The translations under genes and the position numbers were made by a program. Below are positions 27,292 through 34,843 of a stretch of DNA of 64,000 nucleotides, in pieces. This DNA comes from a virus. The stretch spans positions 40,953 to 104,952 of IMG/VR virus record IMGVR_UViG_3300008255_000111; one strand, given 5' to 3'. The notes beneath the pieces are model-generated. The model did no database searches and was not told the DNA's origin. It was given only the letters and a program-made list of their open reading frames with translations. Position 1 is the first letter of the stretch. Each line of letters starts with the position of its first letter.

Positions 27292-27368
27292 TAGCCTGTG
27301 TATGACAACTTGTTGTCTGCCCCACCAAGAGCCAGTGTCAAGGCAATTGATGGTTAATTGATGGTGCC

Positions 27369-27875
27369 CTAGTCCTTCTTGGCGATAGGGCTCTTGATCG
27401 CACCATCCCAGCAGCGCACGTCGCCGCCCTTGTCACGGGCATCACGCCCGCAATCTTTGGGCGCGCCGGTCAGGCTCGGCTTGCGCTTGCCTGTCTTGCG
27501 GTCCAGCTTAGAGCCTTTGTATTTGTAGCGCTCACCCTTCTTATAGATGAGGCTCCAAGTGCCCTTCTTCAGCTCAGGCCCCCCAAACTTACCAGTATCA
27601 GGGTCGTGATACGGGTTGGCCTCGTCCAAGTGATCTGGATCATACGTCTCGTCTTTCATGCTGCCCTCTTTGAGAGGCACCCATTTACCTGATGCCTCGT
27701 CCTTCTTGTAGTGGTTGTTGATCACACCCCACGCCTTAGCGTAGTGCGCTCCTTCCTCTGCGTCTGGCTCCTTATTGTAAGACGAGTTGAAGACAGCAAG
27801 CCACTGTTTTTGAGCTTTTGTGGGGAGCGCGGCTTGGACTGCTTTGGGGAGGTCTTTTAGGGAGTCGAAAGGCAT
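27369..27875 (-). CDS. ChaB-family protein with basic C-terminal extension
   Basis: MPFDSLKDLPKAVQAALPTKAQKQWLAVFNS...AWGVI..HYKK...GKW. Confidence 0.8.
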   Translation of the reverse strand: MPFDSLKDLPKAVQAALPTKAQKQWLAVFNSSYNKEPDAEEGAHYAKAWGVINNHYKKDEASGKWVPLKEGSMKDETYDPDHLDEANPYHDPDTGKFGGPELKKGTWSLIYKKGERYKYKGSKLDRKTGKRKPSLTGAPKDCGRDARDKGGDVRCWDGAIKSPIAKKD

Positions 27876-27876
27876 A

Positions 27877-28416
27877 TCACTGTCTCCTTGTGGATCGCTT
27901 GCCGACGCGGCTGCTCAGCAAGTATTGGTGGCGGTTGATCGTGTTGCATATTTTGGCCGTGGTGTCGCGCAGACCCTCACTCACGTCATGACGCTCTCGC
28001 TTCATATCACCGATCAGCCCCTCCGCCACGATCTCAAGGTCGATGGTGAGGTCCAACATGATCTCGGCAAGCTCCGTTGCTCCGACATCGTGATTCATCT
28101 TGCGAGCCTTAATCTCACAAAGCTCGGCCAAGCCAAAGTACATCGACTTGGGGTGAAGCGCATCTCGTCCAAATTGGCCGATGATGATCTCGGCGTACTC
28201 GTCCACAAACGGATCAAGCTCCTCATACATCTGCTTATAGAGCAGGTGGTCTTGATAGAAGGTCGGTCCCTCGACCTGCCAGTGCATCGTCTGAAGGTCC
28301 AGCCGATGCGAGATGAGCTGACTGAGAAACCTCACAAAGCGCTTAGACAGGTCGTGATCTGCGTGATAGGTGCCAACGACACCAATAGACTCGTGGAGCT
28401 TACTTCTCAATGACAT
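27877..28416 (-). CDS. Dps/ferritin-like protein
   Basis: HWQVEGPTFYQDHLLYKQMYEEL...VDEYAE matches the Dps ferroxidase-centre pattern. Confidence 0.8.
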   Translation of the reverse strand: MSLRSKLHESIGVVGTYHADHDLSKRFVRFLSQLISHRLDLQTMHWQVEGPTFYQDHLLYKQMYEELDPFVDEYAEIIIGQFGRDALHPKSMYFGLAELCEIKARKMNHDVGATELAEIMLDLTIDLEIVAEGLIGDMKRERHDVSEGLRDTTAKICNTINRHQYLLSSRVGKRSTRRQ

Positions 28417-28479
28417 CGCGCACCTCGCTGATGGGGTTGTTCATTACCACTCCAATAAACTACTCAATGCGGGCGCAAG

Positions 28480-28526
28480 AACAAAAAACAAAAGAGGGTT
28501 GGAGCCTGCCCAGCTCCAACCCTCTT
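28480..28526 (-). terminator. intrinsic terminator after the RNR gene
   Basis: AAGAGGGTTGGAGC-loop-GCTCCAACCCTCTT followed by long T-runs on the minus strand. Confidence 0.75.
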
Positions 28527-28592
28527 GCTTCCCATTCCCCATCGAACATCGAGTTAAGACCACACTAGGGGATTAGGATCGCGCTGTCAACA

Positions 28593-31500
28593 CTACCCGC
28601 AACCAGTTGTGCTCCCGCACTGCGTGCAGACTTGGCAGGCCCCTGACTGGACAAGCTGACCGCCACAGCTCAGGCAGAGCGCACCAAGGTACTCATCAGT
28701 GCGCTTGGCCTCAGTCAAGTAGATCGGCTTTGGTGCTGGCGTGGGCTCGTTTTGGTCAACAGCTCCCGTAGATTCTGCGAGTTGACCAAATCGAAGGTCC
28801 ATCCAGCGCACAACATAGTCCATGAGCGACGATGCAAACCTCACATCCGGGTTGGACGTGTAGCCGCTCGGCTCATATTTGGTGTGCTTGAACTTGTCCA
28901 CGATGACCTGAAGCGGCACCCCATACTGAAGGCAGATCGAGATGAGCGTGGCCGCTGCGTCCAGAAGGCCGTTGATGGTGCTCCCCTGCTTGCTTGAGGT
29001 GATGAACACCTCGCCGGGCGAACCATCAGGGTAGAGGCCAACCGTGATGTAGCCCTCATGCCCACCGATCGAGAACTTGTGCGTCTTTGAGTCGCGCTCG
29101 TCAGAGAGGCGGCGGCGCACGCCATTAGACACTGCTGCAATCGATTGCAGCTGGTCGATAGAGGCTTGGGCTTGGGCTTGGGCGTCATCTTCGCTCGTGC
29201 CATTTGAAGCTGTGAGCGGCTGGCTTCCTTTGGAGTTGTCGCGGTAGATCGCGACCGCCTTGAGCCCTTTACGCCAAGCGTCGATGTAAATATCAAATAT
29301 CTCCTCGGGCGTAATGTCCTCGGGAGCGTTGACTGTCTTAGAGATCGCACCACTGATCGCGGGTTGAGCAGCGGCCATCGCGTTGACGTGTGCCTGCCAG
29401 GGGAGCGCGTCGGCGCCAAAGGACACGTCAAAGACGGGAAGGTCGGCAGACCTGATCCCTGTGCCCTTCACATCGTCGCCGTAAATGCCATCGTAGACAA
29501 AGCTCTTAAGGTTGCCATGCTCTAGGATGTGCTCCACCGCGTGATCGATCACGAACTGGTCATACCCTAGAGCCTTAAGAGCGCGCGGCACCGCTTGGTT
29601 GATGATGCTTATCTTGCCACCACCCACAAGCGTCTTGCTCTTGATGAGTGACAGCTCAGGCTCGATCCCTGTGGTGTCGCAGTCCATGATGAACGAGATT
29701 GTGTTGTGAGACACAAACCCGTCCGCGACATAGGTGTTTCGGGTCGGCACAGAGAGGTCATAGGTCGGACGCAATCCGATGCAGTCGTTACTCTGCACCT
29801 CAACAAACTCAAGGTTGCCTAGCTCAAGAAGCTGCCCGATCTTGCTCGACTTGAGTTGAGGGTGTTGACCAATAACGTCTCGCAACCAACCCACGTTGAC
29901 GCTGCCTTGCGTCTTGCGCGCGGCGATGTTTTGACGAACATCATTCGGAAGGCCCACAGAAGACTCATACAGGTCGTCAATGAGCGCTTGTGACCGCAGC
30001 GTATGGCCACGCCATTCACAAGCCATATCAGCGCCCAAGCCTTGACTCAGGACGGCCCGCTTGCGCGTGGAGAGGAAGCCGACCTTTGACGCAAACACTT
30101 TCACATCTCCAAACGAAGCGCACGACACCCTGTACTTTGGCCGATCGCCAAAGCTATCAACCCTGGGGGGCGTCACACCGATCGTCGTCCTGATGCCTAG
30201 AGCCATGAGCGCTGCACTTACTTGCTTGGCAAGTTGGCTGCTGGTCGTGCTCAAGGACACCGTAGGCGAGTTGTTGCGCTGGAGATGGACCGTTCCATCT
30301 GCCTCGAACAAACCTGCCAAGAACGCTCCAAGGACGCGACTGTTGGAGCGAAGAACCTGCGTGGGGATGCGCGCCGAAGCTGCGCCCTCACCGTGATTGC
30401 CGACACTCTTGTCTAGGTCGTTAGCCTTCATCCATCGGTACAGCCTTCGGCTGTTATAGTGGGCGATGACGCAACCTTGGCGCTCCTCGATCGCTGCGCC
30501 TCGATCTAACGTGCTGCCAAAGAGCCCAACCAAGTCGGTGTCCTGCTCATTGATCACCATGTGAAGGCCACCCTTCTCTTTGAGGTAGCCATCACCAACA
30601 TAGTAGCCGAGCAACGCAGCAAAGCGCTCATCAAGGTGATCAGGGATGTAGATGTCCTTCTCGTTACTGTGCGCAGGATCATCCACGCGGACAAACTTAA
30701 CGAGCGGGGCGGACCCCAAGACATCCTCGTGGCCACCGATGTTGCGAACAACGATGTCACCGGGGCAGATGTCTTCCATTCGACGCCAGACATATTCCCC
30801 AGCCTCATTGATCACTCGGAGCTGGTGCTTCCAAGTCGCCTGAATCTCATGACCACGAGTCGTCACGAGCTGGAAGGTACGATCCTCACCGTTGACATAG
30901 AACTTGGTTGCAGGCTGCGTGCCAGACTCTTGCGACACTTGAACGTCAAGATGCTGCCACTGCTCACCATCAACGTCCCCAAGCTCATCAATCGGAAGCA
31001 AGCCCGCTGAGGTTAACAGCATGGTTTCAGCGACCACACAACCTGTTGGCGCCAAGACCGTCGCCTGAGCGTTGCGCAGCCCATAGTCGCTGACGCCATC
31101 TAAGGCGCGCTGCCAGTCTGCTTCGATGGAGGAAATGCAAGTGTCGATAAACGACCTCACGCGATCTGGCAGCGCATCTGGAGCATCATCTTTAAGCTGC
31201 CAGTATTTGATGTGCTCGGTGTCCATGTCGGGTTGACGGGCATAGCACATGCCATGCCTGAACAGGTCATAGTGGCGCTTGATCAGATCCGTCATCCCAA
31301 CCTTATTAGAATGATCAAAGGCGGGGAACGGCCCAAGCACCTCAGCAAGATCCGCACTGGCGGCGTAAGCGGCTGCCGTCATGGTGTGGCTCAGGAGGTT
31401 GATCATTACCTCAGCCGCGTGGCTGTAATAGGGAATGCCCATGCACATCAGCATAGCGCCAAGGTTCGTGAAGCCAAGGCCGACTGTGCGATATTCTTTG

Positions 31501-33821
31501 GTCTTCTTGGCAATATCCTCGGTCGGGTATTCGCTGAAGTCCAGCAGGTAGTCTTGCGTCAAGAAGATGAGGATGCAGTCGCGCCTGAACAGCTTGTGGT
31601 CAAACACACCATCTTCGCTCAGGTATTTGAGCAGGTTGGTCGAGGCCAGATTGCAGGCCGTGTTGTTCAGGAAAAGATACTCAGAGCAGTTGTGGATCGT
31701 CAGGCCGTTGCCTACGAAGTGATGCGTGTCGGGCTCGGTCAGATCGTAGACCGTCTGCACACCAAGGGGCTCAATGCCCTTTACCGTGTCAACCATCAAC
31801 TCAGGATAAGCTGAGACGTTTGCATTGAGTTGGGTGAGCGCTTCATTCTTGATGTTGCCGCTAACAAAGCCGATCTCACGCTCAAAAACGAGGCGCGAAG
31901 ATCGTGAGATCCGCAGGCTGTGCATTTGGTGCACAGGATATTCCTTGGTGCCGCCTTGGCCATCTGGAAGCATCGCCGTGGTTTGACCGAGTGGGCGACG
32001 GTCCTTGTAGAGCTTGGATTTGATCCCGAAGCTCAAGAGCATAAGTTGCACCTGCTGTAAGAGAGGCAGGGCCGTGGAGTCTAGGGCAACATATTGTGAC
32101 TTGGAGCCATAGTTGGCCACTGTGCCGTCAGCGGTGAACAGACCTCGCAGGAGCGCGGCTGTCGTCTCTTTGTTTGCTGAGAGCGCCTTGGCTGTGAACA
32201 GCTTTCCTAGGCTTTTTTCGTCAAGCACTGCCCATTCATTACAGGCGTTGACGATCTCTTTAGACGACGTGCGCACCTGAATGCCTGTGGCCACATCGAT
32301 CGGCACCACCTCGCGCGCGCTACGCCCATCATTGATGGTGCGCTCGAACTCATTGATGCTGTTTGCCCACTTGAGCGCCAGGGCTTTTTCTTCTGTTGAC
32401 ATGCTGATTGATAGCGTGCCGTCTTGACCTACACAGCCGTCACCTATTGCAAAGCCGATCAGCTCAGCAAAGTCTTGGCTCTCGATGGCAAACTCACCGA
32501 AGCCAGCGCCTTGAAGTAAGAGCTGATCATCTTTAGTCAACTCAACCAACGGAACATCGCCCCTATTGAGGGTGAAGACCTTGTGGTCGCCCGTCGCATT
32601 CAGCGAGTAGCCGCATTTCGTCGTGAGCGCGTAGACAGGCTTCTCACCTGTCACAAAAGCTGGGGCGATCGCGTGAAACTTGCCGTCCAAGCCAGCGACC
32701 ATAGAAGGGCGACCCACAAGGCTCTCAATGGCAACCAAGCCATCAGACGTGGCCACTAGAGTGTCACCCGTCACACAAGGATTAGACGCCGTGATTCGAC
32801 CATCAGCGCAGCAGCCGTGCATCCTTTGGATCTCGCCGTCGTATTGGAGGCCCGGATCGCCGCACTCCCAAGTCGTCTTAGAGATCGTATCAAGCAGGTC
32901 GCGCGCGTCAATCTGGTCCGTCACCTTGCCATCTAAGCGCGAGATCAGGTCATAAGGTGCGCCGTTGACCACAGCCTCCATGAACTTGTCGTCAACCCTC
33001 ACAGAGTGATTGGCGTTCTGAAAGAAGACAGACGCGTAGGCGCCATTCTCATCGGTGAAGTCGCTGCTGTACCCTGCGTCGATCAGAGCACGCGCTTTCT
33101 TGTCCTCGACGCTCTTGCACAAGGTGAACTCGTAGATGTCCGGGTGATCGGCGTCGAGAACGATCATCTTTGCAGCGCGGCGCTTCTTACCACCGCTCTT
33201 GACGACTCCAGCAAAAGCATCAAAGCCACGCATGAAGCTCACAGGCCCCGATGCCGTGCCACCGCCTGCGAGCTTGGCGTTGCGCTCCCTCACAGCGCTC
33301 ATACTCACACCTGCACCTGAGCCCCATTTGAAGATTTGCGCTTCCTCGGTCTGAAGCTGGCAGAGTGACTTGATGTTGTCGTTCACTTCATTGATGAAGC
33401 AAGCGCTTGAGCGCTGCTCACCTGGGGTTCCGATGTTGAACCAGACAGGGCTGTTCCACGCGAAGCGCTGATCGCAGAGCATGAACAGAAGCTCATCGCG
33501 CAGCACGTCATAGGAGCCGCCAAGCATATAGCTCTTGTCGTAGGAGAGGATCTTGTCCACGACTCGACAGCAAAGCTGCCAGAAGCTCGTCTCGCGCTCA
33601 GGCGTGTCGCGCTGACCGTAAAAATACTTCTCCGAGATGACGTTGACAGCTCGATCGGAGAACGTCGTGGGGAACTCGACCCCCTTCTGCTCAAAAGCCA
33701 AGCCGCCCGTCATGTGGTTGACGATCTTAGCGTCGCGCAGCGACCACTCGAACATCTCTTTGACGCGACCCTCGTAACCGACCGTGTAGTGACGATCAAG
33801 CACACCATTAAAGACCTGCAT
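28593..33821 (-). CDS. nrdJ: class II (AdoCbl-dependent) ribonucleotide reductase with two inteins, TSCPD domain and C-terminal Zn ribbon
   Basis: NSPVWFN, SSACFI, SNP(intein)CSEY, ACNLAS, APTG(intein)TISF, CDTTGIEP, SGAISKTVN and C-terminal CLSC...CTQCG; start at 33821 from the AGGA RBS. Confidence 0.93.
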   Translation of the reverse strand: MQVFNGVLDRHYTVGYEGRVKEMFEWSLRDAKIVNHMTGGLAFEQKGVEFPTTFSDRAVNVISEKYFYGQRDTPERETSFWQLCCRVVDKILSYDKSYMLGGSYDVLRDELLFMLCDQRFAWNSPVWFNIGTPGEQRSSACFINEVNDNIKSLCQLQTEEAQIFKWGSGAGVSMSAVRERNAKLAGGGTASGPVSFMRGFDAFAGVVKSGGKKRRAAKMIVLDADHPDIYEFTLCKSVEDKKARALIDAGYSSDFTDENGAYASVFFQNANHSVRVDDKFMEAVVNGAPYDLISRLDGKVTDQIDARDLLDTISKTTWECGDPGLQYDGEIQRMHGCCADGRITASNPCVTGDTLVATSDGLVAIESLVGRPSMVAGLDGKFHAIAPAFVTGEKPVYALTTKCGYSLNATGDHKVFTLNRGDVPLVELTKDDQLLLQGAGFGEFAIESQDFAELIGFAIGDGCVGQDGTLSISMSTEEKALALKWANSINEFERTINDGRSAREVVPIDVATGIQVRTSSKEIVNACNEWAVLDEKSLGKLFTAKALSANKETTAALLRGLFTADGTVANYGSKSQYVALDSTALPLLQQVQLMLLSFGIKSKLYKDRRPLGQTTAMLPDGQGGTKEYPVHQMHSLRISRSSRLVFEREIGFVSGNIKNEALTQLNANVSAYPELMVDTVKGIEPLGVQTVYDLTEPDTHHFVGNGLTIHNCSEYLFLNNTACNLASTNLLKYLSEDGVFDHKLFRRDCILIFLTQDYLLDFSEYPTEDIAKKTKEYRTVGLGFTNLGAMLMCMGIPYYSHAAEVMINLLSHTMTAAAYAASADLAEVLGPFPAFDHSNKVGMTDLIKRHYDLFRHGMCYARQPDMDTEHIKYWQLKDDAPDALPDRVRSFIDTCISSIEADWQRALDGVSDYGLRNAQATVLAPTGCVVAETMLLTSAGLLPIDELGDVDGEQWQHLDVQVSQESGTQPATKFYVNGEDRTFQLVTTRGHEIQATWKHQLRVINEAGEYVWRRMEDICPGDIVVRNIGGHEDVLGSAPLVKFVRVDDPAHSNEKDIYIPDHLDERFAALLGYYVGDGYLKEKGGLHMVINEQDTDLVGLFGSTLDRGAAIEERQGCVIAHYNSRRLYRWMKANDLDKSVGNHGEGAASARIPTQVLRSNSRVLGAFLAGLFEADGTVHLQRNNSPTVSLSTTSSQLAKQVSAALMALGIRTTIGVTPPRVDSFGDRPKYRVSCASFGDVKVFASKVGFLSTRKRAVLSQGLGADMACEWRGHTLRSQALIDDLYESSVGLPNDVRQNIAARKTQGSVNVGWLRDVIGQHPQLKSSKIGQLLELGNLEFVEVQSNDCIGLRPTYDLSVPTRNTYVADGFVSHNTISFIMDCDTTGIEPELSLIKSKTLVGGGKISIINQAVPRALKALGYDQFVIDHAVEHILEHGNLKSFVYDGIYGDDVKGTGIRSADLPVFDVSFGADALPWQAHVNAMAAAQPAISGAISKTVNAPEDITPEEIFDIYIDAWRKGLKAVAIYRDNSKGSQPLTASNGTSEDDAQAQAQASIDQLQSIAAVSNGVRRRLSDERDSKTHKFSIGGHEGYITVGLYPDGSPGEVFITSSKQGSTINGLLDAAATLISICLQYGVPLQVIVDKFKHTKYEPSGYTSNPDVRFASSLMDYVVRWMDLRFGQLAESTGAVDQNEPTPAPKPIYLTEAKRTDEYLGALCLSCGGQLVQSGACQVCTQCGSTTGCG
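29135..29150. repeat. 16-bp palindrome, copy 9 (in-frame in the RNR linker, LQSIA)
   Basis: Exact match. Confidence 0.95.
29703..31040 (-). mobile_element. intein 2 (446 aa) with LAGLIDADG homing endonuclease
   Basis: Starts CVVAET, ends VSHN/T; contains LLGYYVGDG and FLAGLFEADG. Confidence 0.92.
31689..32777 (-). mobile_element. intein 1 (363 aa) with LAGLIDADG homing endonuclease
   Basis: Starts CVTGDT, ends TIHN/C; contains LIGFAIGDG and LLRGLFTADG. Confidence 0.92.
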
Positions 33822-33875
33822 CGTGTTCCTTTTGTTGGGCAGGAGATAAAAAAATAGGGCGTAGTTGCCCATCGA

Positions 33876-33891
33876 CTGCAATCGATTGCAG
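33876..33891. repeat. 16-bp palindrome, copy 10
   Basis: Exact match, upstream of the RNR gene. Confidence 0.95.
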
Positions 33892-34016
33892 CAAGACCTA
33901 TGCCCTATGTTGTGGGGATGCGCCAACAAACCCACAACCTATTGTGCATTATGAGTCTGTTGGCTTGAAGATAGTAAGAGCCTTGCGCTAAGGCGCGCAA
34001 GTCAAAAACAAGCGAT

Positions 34017-34832
34017 TTAATCACCAAGCGGCGGGAGCGAGGCCGCATTGTCCAGAAGGTTGTAAACCCTTGCGATCTCAAGGTTACGCGCTCGCGTCTG
34101 CGGGATGATGAGGTCGCCTAACTGGATCGTCTCGATGAAGCTCAGGCTCACCCTGGCAATCCTGGGCAAACCAGACGGAAAGCTCTGAACATAGGTCGTA
34201 TTGAGCGACGACAACACGCCGTAGAAGTCTTGCGTCGTCTGACTTAACGTCAACCCCCTGGACCTTGAGTTGGGAGCGCTCACCGACACAGCTCGATCCA
34301 GGCTCTCTAGGGCATTCACTGTCGAGTTGAGCACACCACCCAGCGCGGGAGCGATCTCAGTCGCATAACTCGCATCGAGCCCATCAGGGGGCAGGTATTC
34401 TGCGACGATCTGAATCACAGGCGGCGGCTTGACCTGCCTCACGCCGTTGATCACGGCGATGTCAGGGTTGGTGCAAGCTGTAAGCCACGCAAGGCCCGCG
34501 TTAATGTCAACGTTCCTGTCATCTGGATAGGCGATCTTATCGTCCACCAAGAGATAGGCAGGGTCCGTGTCTGCCGTAAGCTCAAGCTCAAACGATAACG
34601 TTGGCAGACCGTTGGACGACCACGACAAAAGAGCGCCCATCCCAGGCACCTCTTTCGTCTGCCAGCCGACCGTGCCCCGATCTAGGGTGATCGTCTCAGG
34701 CCAGTATTGAAGCCTCATCGGCTCAAACCCAGGGATCGGCTGAGCTGTGGCGGCGTCAAGTGGGATAAGCCACATGCGCGCCACCTTGTCTTCTGTGCCA
34801 TCAGGCACGTCAAGAAGTTTACTCAAGCTCAT
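34017..34832 (-). CDS. CIS-tube/GpU-like tail tube initiator protein
   Basis: QYWPETITL..W..KEVPG...TLSFEL and GVLSSLNTTY..F.SGLPRIARVSLSFIE. Confidence 0.65.
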   Translation of the reverse strand: MSLSKLLDVPDGTEDKVARMWLIPLDAATAQPIPGFEPMRLQYWPETITLDRGTVGWQTKEVPGMGALLSWSSNGLPTLSFELELTADTDPAYLLVDDKIAYPDDRNVDINAGLAWLTACTNPDIAVINGVRQVKPPPVIQIVAEYLPPDGLDASYATEIAPALGGVLNSTVNALESLDRAVSVSAPNSRSRGLTLSQTTQDFYGVLSSLNTTYVQSFPSGLPRIARVSLSFIETIQLGDLIIPQTRARNLEIARVYNLLDNAASLPPLGD

Positions 34833-34843
34833 CGCGCTCCTCC

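Noticed and set aside
33822-33935. N-terminal extension of NrdJ (likewise the extensions to 12946, 52152, 54021 and 59145)
   Set aside because: These run through the stop-free palindrome and leader DNA, and better RBS-ATG pairs lie downstream.
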